Assembly (NCBI RefSeq): GCF_009914755.1 | Contig: NC_060930.1 | Length of the DNA stretch: 64,000 nt | Direction: 5' to 3' (one strand) | Source of the DNA: the human T2T-CHM13v2.0 reference genome, Homo sapiens | Shown: positions 1 through 14,846 of the stretch, in pieces | Layout of the letters: each line of letters opens with the position of its first letter | Position numbering within the stretch: position 1 is the stretch's first letter | Notes under the pieces: generated by a model | Databases searched by the model: none | What the model saw: only the letters and a program-made list of their open reading frames with translations | Told to the model about the DNA's origin: nothing | Translations under genes and position numbers: made by a program

Positions 1-909
1 TGAACTTTAATTTTATAAATTCCTTTCAGATGTTCAAAGATGTAATTTATTTTATTAATAATAATATGGTTTAAAAAATATTTGGTGTGTCCCTACAACC
101 CTACAACCCCCCAAAAGCCTATTTGTTATCTGGCGATCGTTTCAGATGTTTTCTTTTTAAATTGTCCTGCTTACCTTATAGACGATACAAATTGACCTTT
201 AATATTTGTTTTTAGAGTATAATGACTGACTTCATGCTTACAGATGCTTGTGTGCTTATATGTGTATGTGTGTATGCACATAGGAATACACATTAAGTAG
301 CTCCAGATGGGCTTTATGCACATAATTATTCAATTTTGAAAAAATAAACAAACTGAAGTTCTTTCTGTCTATCTGTCCATCTGATTGGAATCACACTTAT
401 TGAGAAGACAGAGCATTGCATTCTGGCCATGAAGAAAAACCTGAATACCTGGCTATACCTGCTAAAGTCAGCCAATGCCAACAAATTTTGTAGATTTTTA
501 TTCATTTTTAGATAATAGAGGTTTTGAAAAGGCTTTATAAGAAAGTTGTACATTGTGAAATCCTAAAAAGCTGTCTGGATATGGTATCAAAAGTTATAGT
601 TTTTATCTTGATGACTTAAGATGAAGGGAGGATGCTTATCTATTAAAAAGCGGAAAAATGAGATCAAACTCTTTTCTTAGGTTGTATCTCAACTTTAGGG
701 CTTTATGAAACTTTATATGTGTATGAAATTTGTTTTACTAATACATTTTAAATTATACTGCTGCTATTACTCTCTCTTGTCTAATAAGACGTGGCCTCAC
801 TCCCTCTTCCATGCAAGTGAGGTCTCCTTCCACACAACTAAGCCTTCACTGAACAAAAAATAACTATAGCATATGCATGAGTTATCAGGGAGTATGGACC
901 CCTAGCATT

Positions 910-1160
910 GATGTATATTTATTACTGAGCACATGCTCAATGCTGTGCAGACACAAAACACATATCTTCCTTGTATTTCATCGTTGAATCTTCACAATAA
1001 CCCTATAGGATAGATACTCTTCTTATTTTATTTAACAGTTAAGGAAACGGAGACTTAATAAGGTAATTTGCCTACGTAAACACAACTGATAAATGGCAGA
1101 GCAAGGATTCACACCAAGACTGACCTAACGCCAGACTCCAACTCTAAACCATTATGTTAG
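910..1160 (-). mobile_element. MIR
   Basis: AATCTTCACAATAACCCTAT...AAGGAAACGGAGACTT...GGCAGAGCAAGGATTCACACC. Confidence 0.75.
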
Positions 1161-2332
1161 CCTACTTCTCCCCATGATAGGAAAATTTTATTTACATTTG
1201 TATCTGAGAAGCCCAAGTCTTGCTTTATATTTTTGTCTTCTTATAGTTAAATATTTCTTGGTATCACGAAAACATTTTTTCTAAATGAGCATATTTTAAG
1301 ATAACACACAATATTGGTATTAGTTTTGTCACAAATTGACTAAACTTTCAACCCAGATCAGACACTATAGAAAGCTAAAGTGTCTTGTATTAATAGTAGA
1401 AAGAGGTCTCTGCTGCACACTCACTACAGTTGAGAGAAGAAACCCTGCTGATCAGGAGCTGCCCTCTTATGGAGAAAGGCTATGGCAACATACTTTTACG
1501 GAAGTATTATTCCAATAGCTGTGCCTTAAGATCTCACAAGTTTCTACTGTTACTTACAAAGATTTTTTAAGATACTGGATAAATATAAAACAGTTATAAA
1601 AATTAGTCCCAATTTTATTTCCATGTTTAATCAGGTCTTAAATTATATATAACATTTTATATCAATGAGTGTTCTTGAACCACATTATGTTTAATATTTG
1701 GAGAATATTTCCTTGTATACATGTGCCGTAATTTATTTTTAAATTTCTTTACCCACATACCACATAGGGTGTCTCCAATTTTTCCAAATTACTAACAGTG
1801 CTGTATAACACTTGTACTTTCTCTGCATGCTGCATTTCTTTTCTAAGTTTTTCCTCTGTTGAGGTTAACATATTGTGCTTAGGATTTACAAATAAATAAC
1901 AATCTGTTCTATCTTTAGGAGTATTTCTAATGGAGTTGCCTTTCCCTTTCACATTATAAATGCTTTTAATATGCAGACCACGATAAAAACTTAAAAATGG
2001 GTCCCCAGATTTTCCCCAAATGATGTTTGAATAAGATGTAAAATGACCACCCACAATACTTGGCCAAATAAGTATTCCGTGAAATTAGTCAGTGGAAAAA
2101 GCAATATCCTTTTACTACTCAAAATGCTCAAAAGAAATATAATTTTAACAATCAGAAATCACCCAAGAGCTAGCTTCAGACACTTGAATTGGATATGAAA
2201 ATGAATTCCAACTTCTACTTTGCTTTTTTAGCTCTTACACTACACCCACTTGGTACTAATTATAATTTTTGCCATGTTTCAATTTATCTTAGACTCTGTG
2301 CTGTATAATGCTATAGTCATAGAACTTGCATG

Positions 2333-2357
2333 CACACACACACACACACACACACAC
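2333..2357 (+). repeat. (CA)n microsatellite
   Basis: About 12 CA units read directly. Confidence 0.95.
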
Positions 2358-3324
2358 GCCTGCAAGATCACTTACATCACTGACACTGTGAATGCAAATA
2401 AGAAATTCCTGAAAAGGCAAGTTTCTCCCTGCCAAAACTATCATTCTTATGAAATAGGAAAGAGAAAAGGTATGATAAAGAAAGAGAAATGTTTATAGTT
2501 GTCATTTTTATCTTTCTACTTTAAAATCTAGGAAGAAAATCTTTTAAAAGAAAATCAAACAATTATTCTTTATGTTTTGTATGGACTGTATGATACTAGT
2601 GGAAAGTTCCTGATGACCTGTGAGTGTGAGGAAGGAGGTCAAAACTAGAACAACATTAAAATTGGATGTTATGGCACAATGAAATTTTATGGCTAAATCA
2701 TTCATTGACTTTTTATCTTCTTAAGGATATGTTCTGTTGAGAACATTTGGTTTAACTTTAAAATTCTGAGTGTGTTCCTTTGAGAACATTAATTTCACAG
2801 TAAAATTGTCAAATATAATCTGATGTTGCTTTTAGTAAATGCTAATGTACTATTAACTAGACTTTTTTCCCCCTTTTCTGCCTGACTGAGTACAACCTTA
2901 CTTTATTTACTGATGTAATTATTAATTCTACTCATAGCTTAAATAAAAAGGTAACTCTGAAGAAGCATGGAATCAAAAATTTAATGAATAAAATTTCAAA
3001 GTGTTTATTGTAATTTATATATACATTAATGAAGAAAAATTTAATGAAACACATAAAAGAAAAGTAAAATTACCCATGATTAACCCAACAACCCCTGTGT
3101 GTATATTTTGGTACATATAGTCCAGATATGTATACACTGTTTTGCTTTGCCAGCTTTTTCTTTTTAATGATGTAATTAACATTTTAATATATTATTAAAA
3201 ATTTATTAAAGGATTTATTAAAAACTGGTGTGTATTTTTCTGAGAAATCAGTAAATGTTTAAAAATAAATAGGTTTTTTAATTAAGTGTGGAAAACTTTT
3301 CAAATATGCTAAAGTAATTAAATA

Positions 3325-4520
3325 GACATTGCTGAAACAACTGGATATCCAGCTACAAAAGAAAACAACAAAAAAAATTAGACCTTTACCTCACACCGTA
3401 TATAAAAATTAACTCAAAATGGATTATAAACCTAAGTATCAGAGCTAAAACTAGAAAACTATTAAAATAAAACATCAGAGAAAATATTTTTGTCTTTTAA
3501 TTGGGTGAACATTTCTTGGAATGGCCACAAAAGCATAAAACATAAAAGGAAAAAATTGATAAATTGTATTTCATCAAAATTAAAATTTCAGTTCCTTGAA
3601 AGACACTGTTCAGAAAATGACTGAAAACCAGACTTAAAGAAAAAGTTTATAAAGCACATTTTTAATAAAAGACATATACCAAAAATAACTAAATAATAAG
3701 ACAGCAAACGACCCCCCTGATAATGGGCAAAATATTTGAACAAACCCTTCAAAGATGATCATGGCAAATTAGCATATGAAAAGATGTGCAACATCTTTAG
3801 TCACCAGAGAAATACAAATCAAAACCACAGCAGCATACCCTTCATACCCACTAGAGTGGCTAAAATTAAAAACACAAACATTAACAAGTGTGGACAAAAT
3901 CTTGGTGTAGTTGAGATTATCACAGGTTGATGTTGGGAACATAAAATGGAAAGCTACTTTGGAAAGCAGTTTGGCAATTCCTTAAGTTAAATATATGTTT
4001 AATATATTTCCCAGCAATCAAACTCTTAGATATTTAGCCAAGAGGAAGAAAAACTCACATGTGCACACAGATATATATGCCAATGTTCATAACAGTTTTA
4101 TTCATAATAGCCACAATCTGTAAACAACTCAAATGTCTTGGCTGGTGAATGAATAAACAAATTATGGTATATCTATACTACTACTAGTAAGCAATAAAAA
4201 GGAACAAACCATTGATACATACAACAACACTGACGAATATCAAAAACGTCATGCTAAGTAAAAGAAGTCAGACTCAAAAGGCTACATTCTATAGGATTCT
4301 ATTCATATAAAATGCTAAGAAAAGCAAAAATGATAAGGTCAGAAAACAGTGACTCGGGGAGAGAGTGGGAATTGACTGCAAAGGGATATAAGGGTACTTG
4401 TAAAGATGATAATGTTTTATATCTTTATTGTCAAAATGCATCAAACTGTACACTAAAATATGATGAGTCGTATTATATTGCATTATATTTTATTTTATTC
4501 ACCTGACATAAAAAATAAAA
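3325..4520 (+). mobile_element. Old L1M fragment (ORF2 3' end plus 3'UTR)
   Basis: ACCTCACACCGTATATAAAAATTAACTCAAAATGGAT, AGAGAAATACAAATCAAAACCAC, ATGTTCATAACAG: colinear with the L1 3' end but strongly diverged. Confidence 0.85.
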
Positions 4521-7500
4521 GACAGAGGAACACTAGATCCCTCTTAGAGATTCACCAAACATATTTATTATCTTAAAAACTCTAAGACCTGAAGAAAACA
4601 ATTTTTATTTCACTTTAGTAGACTGGGAAATCCATAGTATTTAATCTCATGGATAAAATATATTCTAAGTTATTTAAAATGCTTTCAGCATTTGTAATTA
4701 TTAAAAAAGCTACAATGCTATTTTATTAAAATTAATTAGAATAAATTAAACAAGTTTAATGCTTTTGTTATATTGACAAATGTCTTCCTTAAAGGCTGTG
4801 CCAATTTTCATGACAGTGACTATTGCCACAGATGCATAGGACATCGTATGTTTTAAAATCTTTTCCAGCTTTATAGGTAATAAGTGGTTCTTTTTTATTA
4901 TTTTCATTTGTATTTTTTTACTACTAATAGTAAATGTAAATATTTTCCAGATGTTTATTGGCCATTTATAATGTTTTCATTTTGAATTTTTTATATATAT
5001 TCTTTATTCTTTCCCCTCCCTCAATTTGGGTCTTTGTATTATTTATTGGTGTTAAGTTTTTTTTTTTAAATTGAAACCCTTTAATTTAAGATGTTATGCT
5101 AAATTTCAGTATTGTTATTTTTGAAATACATTTATTTTTAATGTTTTGATAACAGAAATTTTCCCTTACAGTGTGTGTGTCTTTGGAATAATGTCAAAGA
5201 CATAATTTTCTTTTAAAAAATTATCACTGCTAATGTAAAAGCAAAGTATAATATTTTGCTTCACAGATAAGTGGTTTAATAATTGGACTGATAGTGACTG
5301 ATTCAGCACTTATGTGTCTCTTTTGAACTCTCAGGAAGTTGTTGAACTCCTGGGACCAGCCTATGATGATATTAACCTTAGTATCAGGTTTTCTATTTAC
5401 GTAACCCTCTGGTTGGTTCAGAAAGTGCTGCCTGGTGCTGTTCTCATATCCATCATTGTGTGTGTGTGGAAAGGGGTTGGGAGGGGAGTGAGATAGGGTA
5501 GAGATTTTATTGTTGGGGGAAGGTGTTGACATGGAAGAACTTTGACCATGTTTAGATGCTGGAGTCAATAATTCCTGAAAAGTTTGAAAATAGTATTGCT
5601 GAGAATATTGCAGGGGTCCACATCCAAACACATTAAGAGGGATTAGCCTTGATTAGAAGAAAACTATTGCCTACTAGGCCACACAGAAGGATGGGAACGG
5701 GGAAAGGTATATTTGCAAACAAGATGTGGGAGGACTTGAGGTGAATCTTACCCAATTACCCATGTCATTTCTATGGAACAGGGCAAGGTTGTTTGCTATA
5801 AATTGGGGGTTCAGGGCAGGTGCCAGTTATTCATTTGAAAATTTGTACTGAGAATTGGAATTTTAAAATTCATTTTTGAAAACAAGGAATTCCAGAAGAA
5901 TATTTCTTACTTTTGTAAGAAATATTTGCCTTAAATATTTGTTTCAAGCCAATAGATCATATAAAATAGATGTCTGCGACTATTTTAACAACTTCTGCTC
6001 CCATATTTATACTTCTCTGTTCTTTAACTATAAGCTATAGTGTTATATAAAAAACTACAATAATACAAATAAATTACCCCAAAGAATGCTTTTTGTTTTG
6101 TATTAAGGAAATAAAATTTGAAGTCATATGACTCAGGAAAGTAAATAATATTTATTAAATAAATTACTCAAATACCTTTTTCACTGTAGGAAGATTATGA
6201 TATACATTTGACCAAAAAAAGTCTGTTTTACTGTTATATAGCCTAAAATGAAATGTTTTTAATTTACAGTGTCCTGTGTAAAGAAACAATAGATATTTTT
6301 TAAAGCAACTTCAGGTTTCTAGTTTTAGCTCCTCATTGCTTTTTTGTGACCCTCCAACTTGCAGATTGATTTTCTATTTGTGCTTCTGTTGCAGTTTTGA
6401 GATTCTTTGAATAAGCTCATCAGACATAACTACTTAGTAGAGCTTTATTTCTGAGAAGCACCATTGTGACACTCAACAATTCCAAATTAATTCCCAATGC
6501 AAATCATGGAATTTTCAGCTTCTCCATTTCTTTGAAGGCCTGATAAATGCTGCAGAGGAGGGATTCTGGGCTGGAGTAATTCTAGAAATGATGATCACAT
6601 TAGACATTGCTGAGCTACCTTATTTTAATTTTCACCAGCCTTAAGCAGTTTGTTAATCTGCCTGAACTAAACACCTTGTAATCTCAAAGCTAAAGATTTA
6701 AGCATAATATATGAAAGAAAGAAGTTTAATGGAACAGAGAAACAGCTTCTAAAGCATGTAGCTACTAGATCTATAAACTGTGCGGGCTAGTTTGCAGCTA
6801 TTTTGGCCTCATTGGCAATCTGGAATGGAATAAATTAGAGGACATACAAATAATCTAAATTCCCTGCTTTGATAAAATTTACACTAGGCCACTAAAACAA
6901 ACAAGAAGTTAGTATCAATTACATGATTGAATTAGGTTACTTTTAATATCGTCTTCCCAATCAGAAAGTCTTTGTTAATTCTATTCTCTTTGTGTGGTTT
7001 GTGACTGAATAAGTCAGTTGGATACTGCTTGGGACTATTCACCAAAATCTTTGGGTTTATTGGGCAGTTTGTCTTTATTTGCTTTCTACTTCTATTATTC
7101 CAGTTAGTAAGCAAGTAGTAATGGATTCAAACCCATCACTACTACTAGCAAAACAACTTATACATTCAAAAATTATTTGCGGAGTGCTTGGCACTTTTCT
7201 ATGTAGTTGGAACACAAACTGAACAAAGCAAACAAAAATCCCACTCTCATGAAGCTACATTTTATTGGAGAGAGACAGAAGATAAACAAAATGCAATGTT
7301 TTTAAGTACGAATGGTGGACAATGGAGCACAAAGTAAGTATTTAAAAAATCTTCATGTGGCAAATATAACAAGAGCTATTTTGACTCATAGTCCAAAAAT
7401 CTAGCCCTGAACCAGAGCTCTTGCATCCAAAGCAGAAGGATTTCCCACTAAAACATTTAAAAATTATCAGCTTCATGGGTGTCTGAGTGCTTGCTTTCTT

Positions 7501-10500
7501 CCAACGAAGTTCCTTTGCTGGGGCTTAGCCAAGATGGCCTGTGTCCTTTTTGGCTAACACTGTGGCCTTCTCCTGAGTCCTGAGCCAAAAGCACAGTATT
7601 CTTTAAAGCTGACAATAATATGTTTTCATTCATCAGTGACTTTCAGAAAAAATGTGGACTAAAAGTTGCCTTCTCAAGAGTTGTGTGATAACATCTATAG
7701 GATGTAGAAAACAAAATAAAATAGAAAAAAAAGTTTGAGAAAAGACAAACCTGAATCTGCAGCAGTGGGTGATACTACCATAATGAAGGATCTGGACCTG
7801 GTGGATGAGGTGTTCCATCAAGAGCCTGCTAGGAAATAGGTTAAATGTAAAAATGTTAATGAAAAACGGTATCCTCCTATCAAAGTTATTTTCTTACCTT
7901 TAAAAATTTAATCATGAAAATAGGTTGAGACCAGAGAGTAAATTCATTTCTTATGTCTGAGATTAAACTCGAATTCCCACTGGAGTTAAAATATTTGAGG
8001 AAGGGGTGGACTGCAGTCTGTATAAGCCCTACCATGTGTTGGCTTTTTGCCCCTGACTTGCTGTCCCTATCCTGCCCTCATGGTGGGCATGATCCAGGGC
8101 TTTGGCAGGTGAGACAGGGAAGAAAAGGGATGCAGGCAAAGATTGCACAAAGCTGGGAGGCTGGACATAGGGGAGAAGGTGGAGTGCTGCTGATGCAGAG
8201 GACTCAGAGTGAGGCTAAAAAGCAGGACCACCAGGGGCTGAGCTCAGAGCAGACCAAGCTTACACTGATTCAGGAGGGCACAGGGCCAGAGACCAAGATC
8301 AGAATTCAAGTTCAGGGGATCCAGAATCAAAATAAGAGGTTGAAGAAACAAAAGTGTCTGAATCCTGGCAGCCTGGGCCCCATAAAGGACATAAGAACCG
8401 GGAAAATACTGCCTTGCCCTGTTGTGGGGAAACAAGTTTTTTTTTTTCCTTATGTGTTCACTGACTGGGTTGGAATGAACTTCCAGAGTTCAGAGCCCGT
8501 ATTTGGGAACTCAACCCCTCTTATGGTTTAGCATGAGGGCAGAGATGACTGAGAACTTCTTATTACAGAAGCATCCATCACAAATTGCAACATCTGATTA
8601 CACTTTATTTCAGATATTGTCAAATTCAATAGCAGTAAGATAGTGAACATTCTAATAACAGCAAGTGTAGTATCAGGAATTGACAAAGTGGGAGGATTAA
8701 GTGTCATTGCTTAACTTAAGCAACAGAGAAAGAACAGTTTCCCAAATTGCTTAGGTTTGCATAATACTGAGGTACGAGGTAAGGTCAGCAAACAACATAA
8801 AATAAGTTCTTACTTCACTCCCAACCCTTAAAAAGACTTTGCGTATAATTTTTGCTTTGTAGACATACGGCTTTCATTTGGGGAAAAATATTAAGGATAA
8901 TGTTGAAGAAAATATTAAAGGATAATTAAGGAAGGAGAAGTACAGTAATATTTCTTAGTGGTTCCATTATTGATCCTTGCTATCTATTTTTAGCATTTTC
9001 TAATATTTTCAGTTTTTTTCAGAAAAAGCACTTATTTTATGTCATAAGCTCCACATTGAGTGAGTAAGTATATATTACTCTTGTGAAAATTCTCTTTTTA
9101 AGTGTAAAATTGAAGAAGCCATGATGAAGGCATGGTCAGAAAAATTAAAGAGAATAGGATGACTCTGCTTCCCAGAACTTACAGAATTACTTAGGGAAAA
9201 GGAAAAATGATTTTTAAGAGGCTAAAATGTTAATTAGTGATAAAGAGTTTGCACCTGACCCCCACCCCTTCACACATACACACACACCCCACCACCATCG
9301 GTTCTGCTGAGGGATGGATCTGGGCTGAGCGGAGGATGATCCTGAGCACAGACCTGTGTAGTGTTCTTGACTGTGGCAGAGATTGTAATATCTATTTTTT
9401 TAAGAAAATGTTTTGATTGACAACTCTCAACTCACAAGGACTAGACATCAAATTATTTGTTTTTTTTCCAGTGAAAACTGCCTCCTGAGGATTCTCCTGC
9501 TGTTATTCTCCTACTATGAATTCATCTCTCTTAAAGCCTTCTCCATCCAATTCTGTCCTTCTCAGTCACTTTCATTTAGTAAAAATAAGCTGGTATCAAG
9601 AGTGAGTTATCCATCCTCTTTAATATTTCAGACTCACATTTAATCCCAAGTTTCTTCCTTCCACACCTTGCTCTCTTCCGTCTCCTCAGTATATGTCACT
9701 GTGGCCCAGACCTGTGGTGGAGGGTGTAGGCTTTGGGGTGTGAGTGTGTCTTCTCTCCTCAGATACTTGACTCCCTCCTCCCTGCCTTGTCCTCCTAGTA
9801 CTGGGGCTTGGAGCTGGGAGGGGAGAAGACTAGTCCTCCTGTGGCATCCAGGGTGTGTCTGGCCTCCTTTGGGGAGTCATCACTGCTTCTCTGACTCACA
9901 CTGATGAGCCCTTTGTGGGGTGTATATCCAAATGTCTGTCTTTTCGTAAGGTTTATGTGGTAGACTTTTAGAAGCCTCTATGGGAACCTGCACAGTGCTC
10001 CAGTGTGGGACATCCAGGAATGACTCTATTTTATCATCTTTCTATCTTTCCTTGCCAAATGGTGGGAATGCAGTCTGCTAGCACTCTTCATATTGCCCCT
10101 TTCTCCAGTTCCAATGACATCAGATATACCTTTGAGACAAGAAGCAATTACCAGTTCCCAAGTCAGTGGACAGAATTATCAGTGTGAATCCAGTGTGAAT
10201 TATCAAATTTCACACTTGAAAAAAGGAAGTGTGAAATTGAAGGGAGAGTGAAGAGAGAGTTGCCGCTATGTCAATTCAGTACCTCTTCCAAAAGATCGTT
10301 TCTTTTTTCCTCCTACCCTTTTCGTTATCTCAGTCTGACAAAGGCCGGAGACTGCTTTGTCTTCTTTTGCCTTTGAGGGTATGAAGAATAGGACCCACTT
10401 TGAACTTGGCCCTGGAAATTTTAGGGTTTTCTTCCTCAACTTTTCTTTTATCAAGGCACCATCTTTGCAATAATCTCATTCTGTTTTGTGAAGGGTAGGG

Positions 10501-13075
10501 AGAGAAGGAAGGACTTTACATTATCCTTCTAGTAATAGTGAACGTTTACTATGTGTTTAGAGGTATTACCTAACTCATTTGAAACTGAGGCCCAGAAGAG
10601 TTTGTCTTGTCTGTCCAAGGTCACACGCTAGTAAGTGGTAGAGCCAGAATTTAAATCTGGGTAATCTAGCGAGAGAGGCTGAGTTCTAACTACTTCCTCT
10701 TGACGCTTGTTAGATGTAATGCCTAGTCGTGGCTTGTGAAAGCCTAATCCTAAAACAGTAGGGTGTGGCTCTTAGAGGACACACCTGAGAATATTCCTCT
10801 TACCAGTGAGAATTCCAAGTCATAATGCTGTGAAGCCTCATTAAAGCTTGGTATCAACTACAAGACAGTAAATCACTGACCCCAGAGATGGTAAGATCCT
10901 AGTAAATTTACTTTCTGTCTAAATAAAAAGCTTATTAAAACAAATGATAATTATTTTAGTGTGCTCTCCTTCTGTTGTCTAATTAACTACAAAAGTGGTT
11001 AATCTTGCAAAGTATTATATAATTTAGTGCCCATTTAGCTGTTTTTTTTTCAATTTAGTACACCCAAGCATAATCAGTAGTAGATTTATTAGATGACCAA
11101 AGAAGTTTTAAAAAATGATGCTCACAGATTAGTGGTGGATTCAAACAAGGTGGAAACAAATGAATAATTTTATGCACTCTTCATGATATATTATGCTTTG
11201 CGAAAATTTCACAATCAATGGCAAATCGCAGAATTCTAAAGCTATTTATTGTAAAGATAGTGGTGTACATAGTTTCAAGTGGTTAAAACTGTATTGAGTC
11301 CTCTGGAATACAGTTGCACTTTCTCAAATGAAATGTTGATTCTGTCTTCCAACAAGATGAGTGTGTAGTCCTCACAATATTAGAGGGATTTGAAGCTCCT
11401 CCAGCTTGCTTGGTTACCAGTTAAAGACCTGCTACCTCTGTAGCACATGTATATAGTAGGATATTTTCCATCGTAAGTCAGGGAACTCCATCTAGGTTGC
11501 TTAAGGGATACTGTAGTATCTTGTGGAATTCCAGGAGGAATGATGTAGAAGGAACAGAGTAATAGTGAGAAATAGGGACAAGAGTATTTAGAGGAACTCT
11601 GGAAACTTTTACTTCCACTTTTTTATCTCTGCAGGTGTACTTCCTTGGTTGACCACTCATTGACCTGCTTTCACTCTTTTTCATCTATTAAAATTAGAAA
11701 ATATTCATCATCTACATTTCTTTGGAGTGTAAGCATGGTGGACTGTAAATATCATGGACTTTGAAATTGGACCAACCTAGATTTTGTATTTCAGTTTTGT
11801 CACTTGCATACATTGGGCAAATCATTTAATCTCAATTTCCTTATGTGTAAAAATAATATGAGATTTACTGAGGTTTAATGAGAGCTAAATGAGATGCTAT
11901 AGGTAAAGCATCTATTTTTTGCGTATGTGTTATTCTCTTCCTTGTTGATTTAGTTGTTGCTTGACTAGTAATATAGCACAAACATAATTATACCATATAA
12001 GACACTTTATTTGATCTGTTTTTTGTCAGTTTACACTTTTAGTATGAAAAGGGAAAGCACAAAGGTTGTATTCACAAGCTGGTGGGGAATTTGCTTCTGA
12101 GTGAGAGGATCCCTGCAGTTACACTAGTTCTACTATGTTGGACCACAGGGTTAATCTTATTTAACCCATTTACTAGCTGGAGAGACAGGAAGAGCTGAAC
12201 GATAGCCTCATACTTCCTGAAGTGAACCTTCCAAGTTTAATTACGTCCCAGAACCCAGGCTGTTTCTATAGGCATTTCTCTCAGGATCTATCCCGAAGTC
12301 TAACCAACCTTGGCATAGGTCTGACTCCTCTCTCTAAAGTGTCCCCAGTCCCTATGTTCCTCACCATGACCAGACTCTTTGAACTGTGTTTCTTTCCTCC
12401 CCATGGCTCATACATACATTCTGGTAACTGTAGCTCATGTAGAAATGTTTACACCATAGTCTCCTTCAATCTGATTTTTTAGATGGCATATTTACGTTGC
12501 CTATTTAATTTCTTTCTGTGTTTCTCAAATTTCTGGGAAAGAAAACAGAGAATCAGTAGACCCTTGGCTTTGGTGGAGAAATACCTTACTCTTTACGAGT
12601 GACCCAATCAGCCCTGTTCCTGTAGTGGTTTGTTACTTTGTAGACACAGATTTGGATTGTTTTGACCATGAGATAAGATAGACAGGAGTAAAGATTACAC
12701 AGAATACTTGCCATCTACCTAGAGTGTTTTTGGCATCTGCTTGAAAATTCATGGACTATACACATAAAGATATATGCAGTTATTCTCCCCAAGTGAGGTG
12801 CATTTCATTCCTTTGTGAAGAATGGTCCTGGAAATGAAACCTATTTTAATGGCTGGTATTGGAATAGAAAAGAACACAAAGAAGTCTAAGGAAATAATGC
12901 TTTTGAATCAGGAAATAAATTCAGGTTTACAAAACTTAAGAGTAGAATATCAGATTTGGCAGTAATTAATATATATGACATGAATAAGTTTACAATACTC
13001 TGTAAATACAATCAAGCAGTAATAATTCATGAAACTGTTTCACAGAGTATTGAAACCAGTCCCCAAATTTCATTG

Positions 13076-14288
13076 TATTATTTTTATTTTTATTTTTTTA
13101 TTTTACTTTAAGTTCCAGGATACAAATGAAGAATGTGTAGTTTGTTACATAAGTATACGTGTGCCATGGTGGTTTGCTGGACCTATCAACCTTTCATCGA
13201 GGTTTTAAGCCCTGCATGCATTAGCTATTTGTCCTAATTGCTCTCCCTCCCCTTGCCCACCACCCCCCAAACTGGCCCTGGTATGTGTTGTTCCCCTCCC
13301 TTTGTCCATTCGTTCTCATTGTTCATCTCCTACTTATGAGTGAGAAAACGTGGTGTTTGGTTTTCTGTTCCTGTGTTAGTTTGCTGAGGTTGATGGCTTC
13401 CTGTTTCATCCATGTCCCTGCAAATGACATGATCTCATTCATTTTCATGGCTGCATAATATTCCATAGTATATATGTGCCACATTTTCTTTATGCAGTCT
13501 ATCATTGGTGGGCATTTGGGTTGGTTCCATGTCTTTGTATTGTAAACAGTGCTGCAATAAACATATGTGTGCATGTGTCTTTATAGTAGAATGATTTATA
13601 TTCCTTTGGGTATATACTCAGTAATGGGATTGCTGGCTTAAATGGTATTTCTGGTTCTTGATCCTTGAGGAATCACAACACTGTCTTCCACAATGGTTGA
13701 ACTAATTTACATTCCCACCGACAGTGTACAAGCGTTCCTATTTCTCCACAGCCTCGCCAACATCTATTGTTTCTTGACTTTTTAATAATTGCCATTCTGA
13801 CTGGCATGAGATGGCATCTCATTGTAGTTTTGATTTGCATTTCTCTAGAGATCAGTGATAATGAGCTTTTTTTCATGTTTGTTGGCTGCATAAATGTCTT
13901 CTTTTGAGAAGTGTCTGTTCATATCCTTTGCCCACTCTTTGATGGGTTATTTGACTTTTTTCTTGTAAATTTGTTTAAGTTCCTTATAGATTCTGGATAT
14001 TAGACCTTTTTCAGATGAGTAGATTGCAAAAATGTTCTCCCGTTCTGTAGGTTGCCTATTCATTCTGATGGTAGTTCTTTTGCTGTGCAGAAGCTCTTTA
14101 GTTTAACTAGATCCCATTTGCCAACTTTGGCTTTTGTTGCAATTGCTTTTGGCATTTCATCATGAAGTCTTTGCCCATGCCTATGTCCTGAATGGTATTG
14201 CCTAGGTTTTCTTCTAAGATTTTTATGGTTTTGAGTTTTACATTTAAGTCTTTAATCCATCTTGAGTTAATTTTTGTATAAGGTGTAA
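13076..14288 (-). mobile_element. 5'-truncated primate L1PA (older than L1PA2), about 1.2 kb
   Basis: T-rich tail at left. Minus-strand peptides [21 protein letters not shown] and [19 protein letters not shown]. Confidence 0.93.
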
Positions 14289-14627
14289 TGTCCCTCTATT
14301 ATTTTCATCATGAAATAATAGAGGGACATTTGAGAATTGGGGAGTTCACAGAGGCCTTGCGATGTAAACTTTGTGACTGTCAAGAAATTGCTTTTTATTT
14401 CTTTTTAAAATAGAATAATAGTGGCATTTCATGAGCACCTGCTACATTCAGAGCACACTCCTGGGTGTTCCTTATATATTATTATATTTATTTCTCACAA
14501 GTACATGAGGGAGATCTTAATCTTCCTTTAAAGATGAAGAAACTGATTCAAAGATGTGAATTTTCTTGTCAAAAGTCACACAGTTTGTATTTCCACGAGT
14601 AACCCAAAGACATTTTCAAAAATACTG

Positions 14628-14846
14628 TAAACAGATATAGTTTGACTTCTTCTCTTCCTATTTAGATGCTTTTATATTTTTCTCTTCCCTTATTGCTCTG
14701 GCTAGGATTTCCAGCACTGTGCTGAATAGGAGTGGTGAGAGTTGGCATCCTTGTCTTGTTCTGGTGTTCAATGGGATTGCCTCCAGTTTTTGTCCATTCA
14801 GTATGATGTTGGCCATGGGTTTTTCATAGATGGCTCTTATTATTTT
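14628..14846 (-). mobile_element. Inverted L1 ORF2 RT-region fragment
   Basis: Minus-strand [36 protein letters not shown], equivalent to about 52838-53058. Confidence 0.88.

Noticed and set aside
7953-8531. 192-aa ORF on the + strand
   Set aside because: No recognisable domain and no RIMS1 similarity I can identify; most likely a chance ORF in a GC-richer patch, possibly an old repeat.
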